64,000 bases of DNA from Glaucostegus cemiculus (Eukaryota): positions 16,802,001-16,866,000 of the forward strand of contig CDPCPM010000106.1 of the NCBI GenBank assembly GCA_976551045.1. Direction: 5' to 3'. Positions 12,355 to 24,770 of this stretch are shown here, in pieces. The notes below the pieces were generated by a model, which saw only the letters and a list, made by a program, of their open reading frames with translations, searched no databases and was not told the origin of the DNA. Position numbers and translations under genes: made by a program. Position 1 is the first letter of the stretch. Every line of letters starts with the position of its first letter.

Positions 12355-12641
12355 TATAAGATCTTTATTAGTCACATGTACATCGAAACTCACAGTGAAA
12401 TACATCTTTTGCATAGTGATTTTTTGGGGGGGCAGCCCACAAGTGTTGCCACGCTTCCGGCGCCAACAATAGCATGTGCATAACTTCCTAACATGTACAT
12501 CTTTGAAATGTGGGAGCACCCAGAGGAAACCCATACAGACACAGGGAGAACGTACAAACTCCTTCCAGACAGCGGCGGGAGCTGAACCCGGGTCGCTGGC
12601 GCTTTAATGAATTGTGCTAACCACTATGCTACCGTGCCGTC
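12355..12641 (-). mobile_element. V-SINE type 2 (Rex1-like tail)
   Basis: tRNA-like head, V core, and tail reading 'tttcactgtgagtttcgatgtacatgtgactaataaagatctta' on the minus strand. Confidence 0.88.
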
Positions 12642-12719
12642 AGCTTCTAAAACCTGTTCTACCTTATAATATCTAGCTGTTCCAACTGTAACCTCAGTTC
12701 CGCATTCCCATCTACCTGC

Positions 12720-13075
12720 AGTAACCTTGCCTATCAGGTGTCTCTCTCTCCCTTAAAAATATAAAGACTCTGCATCTACCATCCTTTGGCAAAAAGACTT
12801 TTGAAGACTCGTGACCATCTGAGAGAAAAACCTTGCCTCACTTGTGTCCAAGAACATAAGAAAACAGGAGCAGCAGTAGAACACCAGGCCCCTCAAGCCA
12901 GCCCTTGTCATTCAATATGATCATGGCTGATCTATGCTGGCCTCCACTACGAAGGGTAATCTTTATTTTAAACAGTGAACCTCTAGTTCTTGATTGTCCC
13001 AGAAAGGGAAACATCCTCTCTATATCCTCTCTGTTAAGATGCCTCAGGATCTTTTATGTTTCAGTCAACTCACCT
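12720..13075 (-). mobile_element. Decayed CR1 3' fragment with a second CR1 tail nested at about 12851-12945
   Basis: 'cctctagttcttgattgtcccagaaagggaaacatcctc' interrupted by 'agaacataagaaaacaggagcagcagtag..tcaatatgatcatggctgatct'. Confidence 0.65.
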
Positions 13076-13081
13076 CACTCC

Positions 13082-13805
13082 AGCGCCTCTAATTCCTCAG
13101 GAGGCTAAAGAAATTTGGCATGTCCCCTTTAACACTCCCTAACTTTTTTCGATGCACCATAGAAAGCATCCTATCTGAGTGCATCATGGCTTGGTATGGC
13201 AACTGCTCTGCCCAGGACTATAAGAAACTGCAGAGAGTTGTGGACACAATCCAGCACATCATGGAAACCAGCTTCCCCTCCATGGATTCTGTCTATACCT
13301 ATGGGAATGGCTATGGGAATGCCCAGTAATTTTTAGTGTAGGGACATGTTCAGCACAGCTTTGTGGGCCAAAGGGCCTGAATTGTGCTGTAGTTTTTCTA
13401 TGTTCTATGTTCTATACCTCTCACTGCCTTGGTGAAACAGCCAGTATAATTAAAGACCCACCCACCCGAATCATTCTCTCTTCTCCCCTCTCCCATCAGG
13501 CAGAAGATACAGGAGCTTGAGGGCACATGCCACCAGGCTCAAGGACAGCTTCTATCCCACTGTGATAAGACTATTGAATGGTCCCCTTATATGATGAGAT
13601 GGACTCTTGACCTTACAATCTACCTTGTACCTTATTGTCTGCCTGCAATGGACTTCCTTGTAGCTGTAACACTCTGCTCTGTATTCTGTTATTGTTTTTA
13701 CCCTGTACTACCTCAATGCACGCTGTAATGAATTGATCTGTACGAACGGTATGCAAGACAAGTTTTTCACTGTACCTTGGTACATGAAAATAATCAACCA
13801 ATACA
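13082..13805 (+). mobile_element. Rex1/Babar-type LINE 3' fragment
   Basis: LRRLKKFGMSPLTLPNFFRCTIESILSECIMAWYGNCSAQDYKKLQRVV...HPNHSLFSPLPSGRRYRSLRAHATRLKDSFYPTVIRLLN; tail 'tttcactgtaccttggtacatg'. Confidence 0.85.
13301..13410 (+). mobile_element. 110-bp CR1 3' end inserted in the Rex1 element, with 9-bp TSD
   Basis: Ends 'gggccaaagggcctgaattgtgctgtag..ttctatgttctatgt'; flanked by tctatacct at 13292-13300 and 13411-13419. Confidence 0.88.
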
Positions 13806-14157
13806 AATACTTTTCTAAACTCTGTTGCGCATCAGTGTGCAGGTTACAGGTGTGTAAGCACCACAATAACACTCTAAATGCATATTCAATCACTCTTCTG
13901 ATGAATGAAGGCAGACTGATTAGGTGCTAATGAGTTGGACTGAATTTGTTCTGCTTTTGTTAACAGGGCATAACTGGATAAATATCCTTATCATCAATTA
14001 TTTGGCAGCATTGTAAATGCAGTGGAATTGCTTGGCTCGAAGAGGAGGTAGTTCTAAAATGGTAGCCTTTAAGACTTTCGCCAGGATGCCTTGTCCAAAA
14101 GGCTTCAGAGTATCTTGCAATCTCAGCCAGTTCTTGAGATCAGGTAAAGGGGGTCAA

Positions 14158-14240
14158 ATGGAGACACAAGAGATTCTTCAGATGCAAGAATCTGGAGCAC
14201 CACACACAAAATGTTCCTCCAATATTGAGTGTGTGTTGAA
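14158..14240. mobile_element. Collapsed Penelope pseudo-LTR inverted remnant
   Basis: 'ggagacacaagagatt..cagatgcaagaatctggagcaccacacacaaaatg' abuts 'ttcctccaatattgagtgtgtgttg'. Confidence 0.5.
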
Positions 14241-15489
14241 GGGAATCAAATTGTGTGAAGGCTTCTATCACATTCTTTGTCCTTTTTTCTTTCGTCCTCC
14301 TCATCATCTACTCCAACTCTTCCTTAGAGAACCCCACTTAAAGACTCAAAATGAGATAGTCCACATTCAGACAATATCCACAACAAATACCAATCAGATT
14401 TCAACCCCAAGGATGGGAACCTCTAACCGAGCCCCTTCCCCATCACCCATGCCCTTCCCTCTGTATTTCATTAGATTTTTTTTACTTCAGTTAAAAAAAT
14501 GATTAACTCCAAACATAAATGTTGCTTTTCTCTCCACCAAAGCTGTTTAATGTACTGTGTATTACTAGAATTTTCTATCTTTATCCTCTGTTTCATACTA
14601 CATATTTTTGACTGTAATATTCTTCTTGGCTTGGCAATTGATACTTGGCAATGACTGAAAGCACAAAGTGCTGTGTCTTTTGACAGTTTATTGAATACAT
14701 CTGCACTTATTTTTTCCCTGTGTGTGCAAATAATTTGACTTTACTGGATTAATTTCATCCGTCATTCTGCCATTCACTTACATTGCTACTTTCAAGTAAT
14801 AATTTGTAAATACTTAACTGATTCTTCAAATTCAGTCACATGTCTTAACATTGGTTAATATTGACTGTGAAACCAATCAGCCTGCAATGTTATTAAAACG
14901 TTGTAGCCTTTTCTGATTTAATATAGTGAGAAGTTGCACAAGTAAGGTGTTAATATTCTAGTTAGTCACTAATACATCATCAGAGCAGTGAATATGGCAG
15001 AGATTTTTTTTTCTATTGCTGGAGTTAAAAAGCATTCCATAAAATTAATAATATTTGTTTCATTTTGTCAGTTTATTCACAATATAATGTAATTACAGCC
15101 CATTGTACCCTTCTTCCCCTCTTAATGGTAGAGGACATTTGTCACAGACATGCACCATGAAGTCTAATCAGTGCATTGCTAATGTTTATACGCAACTCAA
15201 ACCTCTTCGTCTTTAATATCTAAATGTCACTCAATCCATTGAGGGGACACAATTATAGTAATGAATAATATTATTTTGTCTTTGCAGATGCTATTGATGG
15301 TTTGTATTTTTAATTTCATATTACCAACATTTTACCTCTGAATTAGATTTAGAGTCCTTAATCAATTACAGTGTTACCTTACTGCCTGCTTCTGAACTGA
15401 GTTGTGGAGTCAGAAAGTGATCAAATCCCTCTTCTGGTGTACTGTGGTGAATTGGAACTGCTACCACTGGACTTATCAGTCTAGGTGTA

Positions 15490-15878
15490 GAAAGAAAAAA
15501 AATATTTTAGCATGTCTTATGATCTCCTGGGATCCCAAAGAGATTTACAGACAAAGAACTACTTCTGAAGTGTAGTCACAATTCTGATATAAGCAGAGTT
15601 CTCACAATCAGATAAACTTATTTTAATGATATTGAATGAGAGAAAAGTAGTAGTCTTACCCCTGTCTCCTTCCCCCAACCTATGCCCCATTTCCACCACT
15701 TCGCTTCATTGAACTGTGCTATTGAAATTATGACATCCAACTGAGAGGACAGATGGGACCTTAGTTTAAAGTCTCATTGAAGAATTGTACTGAGAACTGT
15801 GTAGCACTTCTTCCTTGTGCACTACACAACCAAGGTTTTATGCTTAAGTCTTAAACCCAAAACCCTTTTATATGAAGG
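15490..15878 (-). mobile_element. Deu-core SINE (SacSINE1/AmnSINE1-like); head resumes at 16976-17010
   Basis: 'acatccaactgagaggacagatgggaccttagtttaaagtctcat' is the reverse-complement Deu core; head 'ggcatagtgctacctgtgacccacagttgac' lies beyond the inserts. Confidence 0.7.
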
Positions 15879-15889
15879 ATTTTATATGA

Positions 15890-16145
15890 GGGCGGCACGG
15901 TAGTGTAGCGGTTTGCGTGACGCTGTTACAGTGCCAGCGATCGGGGTTCGATTCCCATCGCTGTCTGTAAGGAGTTTGTACGTTCTCCCGTGTCTGCGTG
16001 GGTTTCCTCCGGGTGCTCCAATTTCCTCCCACATTCTGAAAGACGTACGGGTAGGTTAATTTGGGGGTTTAAAATGGGCGGCGTGGACTCGAAGGGCCGA
16101 AAGGGCCTGTTACCACGCTGTAAATAAATAAAAAAAAAAACAAAA
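15890..16145 (+). mobile_element. Full-length young V-SINE (HE1-like), type 1 with CR1-like tail
   Basis: A-box-like ggtagtgtagcgg, B-box ggttcgattccc, V core gggtttcctccgggtgctcc, tail gggccgaaagggcctgttaccacgctgtaaataaa; CpGs retained. Confidence 0.92.
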
Positions 16146-16146
16146 C

Positions 16147-16975
16147 ATGAACATAGAACATAGAACAATACAGCACAGAACAGGCCCTTCGGCCCATCAA
16201 GCTGTGCCATCCTACAAACGTCTCCCAAACTAACTCTTTCCACCCTCATATCCCACCATTCCACACTCTTCCATGTGCCTATCTAACAATCTCTTAAACC
16301 TGTCCAACATATCTGCCTCCACTACCACCCCAGGCAGTGCATTCCATGCACCAACCACTCTCTGGGTGAAAAACTTCCTTCTGACATCTCCCCTATACTT
16401 TCCACCAATTATCTTAAAGGCATGCCCTCTCGACTTGAGCATCTGCGCTCTGGGAAAGAGGTGCTGACTATTAACTCTATCTATTCCTCTCAATATCTTA
16501 AACACCTCTATCAAGTCCCCTCTCATCCTCCTCCTCTCTAATGAGTAGAGCCCTAGCACCTTAAGCCTCTCTTTATATTCCATACCCTCCAATCCAGGCA
16601 TCATCCTGGTAAATTGCCTCTGCACCCTCTCCAACGCCTCCACATCCTTCCTATGATGCGGCAACCAGAACTGAACACAATATTCCAAGTGCCGCCTAAC
16701 TAGAGTTTTGTAAAGCAGCATCATCACCTCTCTGCTCTTGAACTCAATCCCTTTATTTATAAAAGCCAACATCCCATAAGCCTTCTTAACAGCCCTATCC
16801 ACCTGCGAGGCAACTTTGAGTGAACTGTGGATATGAACCCCCAGATCCCTCTGCTCCTCTACACTGCCAAGAACCTTGCCATTTACCTTATACTCTGTCC
16901 TGGAGTTTGTCCTCCCAAAGTGCACCACCTCACACTTCTCAGGATTAAACTCCATCTGCCACCTGTCAGCCCAGT
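16147..16975 (-). mobile_element. 5'-truncated CR1 LINE with open 241-aa C-terminal ORF2 segment (16230-16955)
   Basis: MEFNPEKCEVVHFGRTN..HLEYCVQFW..LERVQRQFTRM..RKFFTQRVVGAWNALP; (ttctatg)n tail. Confidence 0.95.
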
Positions 16976-18879
16976 TGAAGGCATAGTGCTACCTGTGACC
17001 CACAGTTGACAACAATCATTGTTTTTGTTTCCAATCACAGTTTACTGATCCCTGCTGAAAAATCTGTTTGTGTACACCCAGAAGTAGAACCAGGGAGAGA
17101 TCACCTGTGTTACGCCCACCTCATGCAGCTTACACCACCTTAATAAATCCACATAATACCTAAATATCCAGCAAACTTACAAATTAACTGCTTTTACAAT
17201 TGATAAACCTATTCAAGCAGAGCACCAGAAGACAGGAAGAGATGTATATTGTTCAGGGAACCACAGCCCGGCAGGAAATTTCTCCTTGGGGAGACTATGA
17301 CAAGATACTTAAGGAAAAAAAAAGCAAATTAGCCAATTCCAGTTACTGTAGCAATACCATTTGGTTGTGAAATTACAATGTCAGGAAATACAGTTACTGC
17401 ACTACGATTTTATGAAATTTACTGGAACATTGAAAGAGTGCATTCCAAGTTCTATTCCATCTGTTTGTGTTGTATGTATTGTAGGGGAGGCTAAACTTTG
17501 GGAGCAAATAATTAGTTTTTATGTTGATTTTGAGCCAGAAGGGAAATTCTGTATACTCTGTCTTGTGGAATTTGCCCAATGGCAATGGTTGAAGGCTATT
17601 TAGTGTCCAGAGAAAAGATGATTGCAAATAGGGATTAGTAGAGAGTCCCCATTGTAAACTGTAATTCAATATTGCACGTCAAGTCTTTGAGTATTACTAA
17701 CACCATCTGTATACATCAACATATCCCTGGACTATTCTGCAGAAAGTTAAATGGAACAAAATCTGCAAAATGGTTGGTGAAATGCCTGAGTCACTACACA
17801 TGCTGAGATGTATTAAATACAGCAAAGTGTTCAGGCTGTGATGCAGTGAAATTGGCTGTGATCCATTTGAAATTGGTCAACTTGTTTACTTGTTTATGGA
17901 ACATCTTTACTCAAAGTTCACCGTGACTTCCACAAAACCTTAGAGTTTATGGAACTCAGTGAATGGCTGTAGATTATCTATTTCCTTAACTCACTAACTC
18001 AACAAGAATAATTGGTTCACTTCACCAGTTACACATATTTTTGAAAAGAGATTTCTATCTGATATCCAAACATTATGACACATTTGTTAATTTTGATTTG
18101 ATGTGTCTGCCCTGCATCCTCATGCATTGTTTGCTGCCAGCTGCAAAAGATGGGTGCAGAGGCAATTACCTCCTGAAGCACTACTATATAACAAAGAAAC
18201 CTATTTGGGGGATCCCAGTCAGAACCAGTTCATTGCAGTTTGGTGCCTTTTTTATTCTTAGATCAACCCTTGAGCAATTGTTTTTTTAATATATTTAACT
18301 AAAAATCAGTTTTCTTTTACAATTTTAGAGGTCTTTTCTGGGATTTACCTCCTTCATTCTGATCTTAAGGTTGCAATGCATTTCTCCTCCAAAATAACTT
18401 CTTTAAATTTTAATTTTAGAATTGGTTTTCTTAATAAATTTGATATTCTCATGAACAAGATTTTTCACTTGAATATGAGGAACACTTTGAATCTACAGTT
18501 TGTTCCTGTTCTCTCCTTTCGTGCTCTTGTTGAGAACTGAGAACAGCTCCAGAAATAGTTTGGCACACACGAATTACCAACCTTAATAATTGCTAGGCCT
18601 GTAAACCTCAGCAGGCTATTCACTCATTAATGACACTGCCATTGGATTCAACAGCACCTTCACATCAAGCCCATACAACGCACTTCCAGTATGGAAAACT
18701 AGACGACTATCAGGATTAGAAACAATGACTAACTGATTAACAACTGAAACAGTTTGTTGTGAGCTTACCAATCCTTTGGTAGGTTGCAGGTATTTCAGTA
18801 TAAAATATAGGATGGCTGTGGTGTCTCGTACAGATAGTAGCCACAGTTAAGGAACAATTTGTGGTGTTCAAGAGTACTG

Positions 18880-19005
18880 AATACCGCAGTCCTGTCTGAT
18901 ATGCAACGATGTGCAACATGCAGCACTCTTCTACTCTTCGGTAATATTCACTGAGCAGAACTGCAGAGCACCTACCCAACTTCCTGAAGCTGACCTTTCA
19001 CCTTC
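18880..19005 (-). mobile_element. Harbinger transposase C-terminal relic
   Basis: KVSFRKLGRCSAVL..RVEECCMLHIVAYQTGL resembles the family motif KxRFRCLDRSGG..CCMLHNIAxxRG. Confidence 0.55.
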
Positions 19006-19384
19006 CCACGAGGTGTAATTTGTGACCAACAGCCTTCATTGTGGAAACTCAGTCTGAGACTACTTTTATGACTCCAGAAAGTGATGCAATTGATTGTTCA
19101 AAGCATTGCAATTTGTTGATACTTATGTTACTGTGGATCAGATTGAAATGCTAATCAATCACAGACCATCTGAATGTGGCTTTGATTATTGAATGTGTAT
19201 GAACTTGTATTTATTTAGCCATTTACTTTATGTCTGCCTTTTGCCCTTCAACTGTGATTTGGAATTATTCGGTTTGTCCTTTGCCTGTGTGTGCAAACCC
19301 ATCAAAAGTCTGTCCCATTTATTCGGGGTGAGGATGGATTTAGGCCCTTAGGGAGAACTTCCAGATGCTCTGTAAACTTGACCT

Positions 19385-19735
19385 TTGAGCAAAGGAGTGC
19401 TCCAACAAGATGAATGTCTCGTGTCAGGAGTAGGCAGGCACCTGTAAATATTAGATCTGGTAGAATAGTTACAAAGGTCAACACAGCCCTCAAATAATTT
19501 TTCCCCAAGTTCTTATAAGGTCGCTGCCAGAGACTTTCCAAGGGTCTTGCACTTGCATTCTGCCGCACATGAGGCAGGTGAGGAACAGATGTCTGCCTGG
19601 GCTAAGGAGGCTTTAGTGAGGGCGGGGAGAATCGAAAGTAGCCACTTCCTTGGATTCTTGCCTCTGGCTGGATTCCCACAGGTACAATGTCCACTGATAG
19701 GGCACACGTTTTCTCAGTACCTCCACAGTAACCAG
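19385..19735 (+). mobile_element. Harbinger transposase N-terminal relic
   Basis: IVTKVNTALK*FF (cf. VALKVTAALNF) followed by GFLPLAGFPQVQCPL (cf. GFxxIAGFPxVQGAID). Confidence 0.6.
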
Positions 19736-19739
19736 GAAC

Positions 19740-20043
19740 GGGGCAGGCACGGTTGTGTAGTGGTTAGTGTAAAGCTATTACAGCGCCAGTGACCTGGGTT
19801 CAACTCCAGCCGCTGTTTGTAAGGAGTTTGTACGCTCGCCCCATGTGTCTGTGCGGGTTTCCTCCAGGTGCTCTGGTTTCCTCTCACATTTGGAAGACGT
19901 ACGAGTAAGGAATTGTGGGCATGTTATGTTGGCACTGGAAGCTACACTTGCGGGCTGCCCCCCAGAACACTCTACGTAAAAGATGTATTTCACTGTGTGT
20001 TTCGATGTACATGTGACTAAAAAAGATAGCTTATTTTATCTTA
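19740..20043 (+). mobile_element. V-SINE type 2 (Rex1-like tail)
   Basis: gggcaggcacgg head, V core, tail 'gcgggctgcccccagaacactctacg..tttcactgtgtgtttcgatgtacatgtgac'. Confidence 0.9.
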
Positions 20044-20119
20044 TTTAAAAACTGTAGCTCTTTCATTCAATGTTAATTTTCAATCACAATAAAAGATTCC
20101 CTGGAAGCTGTCATTCTGA

Positions 20120-20490
20120 GGGCAGAACAGTGGTGCACCAATTAGTATGCTGCCTCACAACACCAGGCATCTGGGTTTGATCCAGAATTCAACTGCTAAC
20201 TGTGTGATATTTGCATGTTCTCCCTGTGACCACATGGGCTTCTATCAGGTGCTCTGATATTTGCCCATATCCCAATGTTGTGCTGGTAAATTAATTGCCT
20301 ACTGTAAACTACCCCCGATGTAGGTAATTGGCAAAGGAATCAATGGTGAGTTGGTGGGCACAGGAGAGGGAATAAGTTATTGATCTCTGGGAATGAAAGG
20401 AGAATGGATTTATGGAATTGCTCTACTTGGAACCAGCATGGACTGAAGGACCAAAATATCTTCTTCTGATTGGTAATAAGTAAATAAAAT
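20120..20490 (+). mobile_element. Older V-SINE with CR1-like tail
   Basis: 'ggcagaacagtggtgca..tgctgcctcacaacaccaggcatctgggtttgatcc..tttgcatgttctccctgtgacc..ccagcatggactgaaggaccaaa'. Confidence 0.7.
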
Positions 20491-23099
20491 ATGCCAGCTA
20501 TTTTTTCACCAATATGCAAATCTAAGGGTGCTTCTAAGGAGACAAGAAATACACCTTTCAGCATTGACTTATGACCCTTGAGGAGAGCCCCATCAATGTG
20601 AGACAAGAGTATTTCAAAAAAGTTGTTACATGCCACAATGTGCAGCCCCCTCAGAATATATGTGAGTTTCAGGACCTTGGGTAAATGGTCCTCAGTCCTC
20701 ACCACAAATCTACTGGAGGTCCTCTGGACTTTGCCATTTTCTGTTGAGCACTGCGTTGAGGTTGTCCCTTGTGAGTGCAAGGCCTGGAAATAGAACATGG
20801 AAATCAAAATTTTTGATTCAATTCAGATTTGTCTTCTGGATTTGGCCCTGACAATTATAATTCATATCCCCTCACCTCCACTTGGAAGCTGTTTTCATGC
20901 TAACATTGGGGTTATTCCTGACAAATTACACAGTTCCTGATTGAAAAACATAGTTCCCAACTAAACATTACTGCAATAATTTCTGAATCTAGTTGTATGA
21001 ATCTGTCTGCTGTATGAATCCTTTCACCATGTTTGATTTTCTGAGTTGAGCTGGATAGTACTTTCTATAATTTGTGATGACCTGTGATTTCCTTGCAGTT
21101 CCTTACACATCAGGATTCCATTGCCCCCACCCCCCCACCCCCACTGCACCCATGCTTTCCTTACTGTTCCTCTCAAGAGTTCTTTTCAATTTCAGTTCGT
21201 GTTACTCTTAGCCATTCCAATACATTCCTCTTTCACCTGTTCAAAGGCTGTATCATCTGGTGATTTCCCACTTTTGTTTAATTCTTCCATTCTCAACTTT
21301 GATGCTTCGGGCTTAATGCAGCAAATGTTAGTCATTGCACGTTGACACCTAAGTCAGAAATATATGGTGGATATCGACCACTGGACCTGCTACACCTGAG
21401 AACTTGCAGATGAATTTTTGGCAGCTACACTGTGTCTGAATGATTTAATCTCTTGTTGCCTGAAGCTGTGTGACATACTTCTTTATTAAAGTATTTGATT
21501 TCACCCTGCAACTGGTTTGACTAAATTGGTTATTAACTTTTTGCATCTTGTGGTAATAGTTGGAGAAAAAAATAGTTAGAGCTTGAAAATGTACTTTGTG
21601 ATATAAATAACAGAAGTTTCACTCTGTTGCTGTTGCAAGGAAATGATTTACTCTTTTAAACTTAAGAGATTAATAGCTTTATTGAAATAAGAGACAATAG
21701 AACATCATATTAACATACTTTAATGTTGCTTACTAATTTTAGTCAGTACTTTTTCATGACATTTCAACTGTATAGTTTGGGGCCCCATTGTAAAGAACTC
21801 ACCACACCCTGCACTGGCTCCTGGATATTTTTCTAACATGAACAGTGTCATCCTGTAATGGTGCTCCATGAACTGAGTAACCAGATGATTTAATAAGGGA
21901 TGTTATAACAACCAATACACAACATGTGATGACATCTTTTCTCTAAAGGTTGCAGTGTTGAATAAAAATAACCTCTAGTCTATTAGAACCTGATAGGTAC
22001 TTGTTTCAGAAATAGTTGGTTGAAAATGTTCGTGAATTTTAGCCTCAAGTCAGTTTTCAGATTTGAAGCATCGGTCCAGGTTTTGCATTGAAATATCAAT
22101 AGTTACACACATAAATGCCCACATTTCCCTGCATAACTGAAGTCCTGAAACTGCAGTCAGCTTTATGCAATGGTTTTCAACAATAAAAGGCTACAGAGAA
22201 AACAAAACAATTTATTTTCATTTTTAACATTGTTTCATTTTTCATATGTCTTAATTATTTTGAATGTATATGTCTTTTTCCATTTTTTAACTTTAATTTT
22301 GAAACTAATTTTTAACAAGAACAAAAAAGTTGCATACAATTTGATGACTGTCACAAATTCTGGTATTTGACCATGACCTACTAAGTTACATACAGTCCAG
22401 ACTTGACATATACTGTCAGGTCTTCGTCATTACTGTATCAAAATTCTGGAATGTCTGCCCAGCACTAACGTCCCCAAGATCCTTTTGATGGGCAACAGTT
22501 ATGGTGGCACTGTTGAAGGATATTGCCACTTTTTTTCCTCTTTGCAAAGGTGATTACAGGGAACAAATGTAAGCAGCCACTTGTTGACTCAAGCTCAACT
22601 ATTGTTCAAGGTTTGATGTCTGGGGGCCCAGGCTGCTTCACTATTGGAGGGGAAGACTAGAAGTATAATAACTTACCATTGGTGTAGAAGTTGAAGGTAG
22701 TTGGGTTGATTTTGCATCTATTCTCAATTATTACCCTTTACCACTTTTGATCTCAAACTTTAACTTCTCATCAAATCCATATAATTGTTCTTAAAATAAA
22801 TTCATATGACTTTGTTCTTTGGCTAAAATTCTGTTTGCCACATCTCATTGTTGTGCACACACGCTGTCAATATTAATTTATATTCACATTAATTTTGCAA
22901 TGATTGCAAAACGTATTTGACCTTTCTTGGTGGGTTTGTCCTTTTGAGGTTACATGCAACTTATTATTTACTGTAAAACAGGTATTAACCAACAACCCAC
23001 AGTTTGATCTAATCACTCCATCTGCTTTGCACTGGTGGAAGCACATTCACTCAGTATTACGAGACACTGAGTCAAACTTTATTTGAAAAGTAATGGTCT

Positions 23100-23265
23100 G
23101 TAGAAATAGGAGTCGATTATTTGGGGCCTTGAGCAAACTCATATCCTCTTATCCCTCAATTCCTCTTGCATCTACACGTCTATCAATCCCTATTATGAAC
23201 ACAATCAATCACCTGCTCCATAGCCCTCCAGGTTAGAGAATTTCAAAGATTCACCACTGTCTGAT
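23100..23265 (-). mobile_element. Decayed CR1 3' end
   Basis: 'tagaaataggagtcg..ccatagccctccaggttagagaatttcaaagattcaccactgtctga'. Confidence 0.55.
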
Positions 23266-23849
23266 TAATTAGATATGAGTCACAAATCAAATATTGTTTA
23301 GGTGTTCACATAAACACGTACTCTTAACATTGTTGAGGAATATCAGTAACATTTTATGTGATTCAAGTTTGTTTTAGCAACTGATACATTAGCAGGCACA
23401 GAAAAATAGAAAGTGGATCTGTGAGTCATTATCTCTTGTATCATTCACCAACAAAGAAGCATTTGTTTGCTGTTCACAGGAGGCCACAGTGTAGGTATGA
23501 ATGTGGAAGGCAGCATGGGCTTAGAAGCAAATGGTTAGAACAGGCAGTGCTAGGAAACTGAGTCCTACAATTGACTGGCATTTCCTGTAGCCCTGCTCTC
23601 CACCTGGCTAAAGAAGCTTGAAAAGTTCTACAAGTTATTTGTCAATTAGAGTAATATTGACACATTGCTCTCATGTTAATGTTGGGTCCTGAAAATCACC
23701 AACAAAACCAAGGCAGTGGAGAGTTGGGGATGTTGGAGCAATCTCAACAAAAATTGAAATGGATAATCAGTATTCACAGCTGCTTTCTCAGCTGCTACGG
23801 GTAAAAGTTACTTTTGCTGAGATTGCTTCAGACAATTTGTGGACACGCT

Positions 23850-24770
23850 ACAGTATGAAGCTCTGCTTTACCATACCAGATGGATGATGCTGATGTTGAG
23901 TTCAGCTTTGCCTCAGCAACAGCATCAGCAGCAATCTGTGGCTGCACAGCAGAGAGACAACTAAAGGACGAGTACAACTTGCAGGTGCCATGACACACAA
24001 ACTAACAGTTTCCATGACACGGCCAAACAATGGACTCACAGGAGCCCAGGATGTCACATCAGGTGCTGGTAGACATTTGCAAGGTTCTGGAAGAGGAGCT
24101 CCCAGCTTGACCTGGTGGCTGGGTATATTACCAGTGCTTAGCAATTGCACCATCACCCTCAGATTTTTTTGCCTCAGGATTCTTCTAGAGAAATCTCCTG
24201 GTCAACAACCTACAAATCTTAAAGACAGGTGACTGATGAATTGTTTGTCAGCAGTGATGCCAGTCAAAATTAACAGCAGCTCAGGTTTGCAGTCCTGTCC
24301 AGGTGCCTGAAAGTCACCTTTCCCATTGGTCCGTCATGCTATTGACTGTGCATACACTGTAACACAGGCACTCCCGGAAGAACCAGGAGGGCTCATCAAC
24401 CATAAACATTCTCAATTCAGTTTGTATGTTAGAACAAAATGGTACTTATGCAGGATTGTGCTTAACTCCAAGGCAGCTGCCATGTCCTGTGGCAGTCTGA
24501 CCTCCTTAATCTCCTCACTTAGAAGCAGGCTTAAAGGGTGGCATGTCGGCGATGATGGACGCCTACTGCAAGCTTGGCTTGTGACACCCATTGAAGCATC
24601 TCATCACCAGGTAAGCAATTGGATAGACCAATGAGATGCTGCAGATATTTCTGAAGGGATTGTGCATCAAACCCCAGCCAGATTTTACAAAATCATTATG
24701 ATTGGATGTATTTTTCATAAGATTGCACAAAACGAGGCTTGGACCTGTAGGAGGAACAAGTTGAAAGAGT
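23850..24770 (+). mobile_element. Harbinger/HARBI1-like transposase fossil spanning most of the coding length
   Basis: Ordered motifs QVTDELF, AIDCAY..ALPEEPGGLINHK, GWHVGDDGRLLQAWLVTP, SEGIVHQTPARFYKIIMIGCIFHKIA, with stops and frameshifts. Confidence 0.75.

Noticed and set aside
15890-15960. tRNA gene
   Set aside because: The A/B-box region is the head of a multi-copy SINE and runs straight into the V core
17040-17146. Plus-strand terminal exon (acceptor, short frame, AATAAA)
   Set aside because: No upstream partner exon or recognisable peptide; compatible with chance
20560-20790. Tx1/L1 zinc-finger region relic
   Set aside because: Resemblance too weak to support a call
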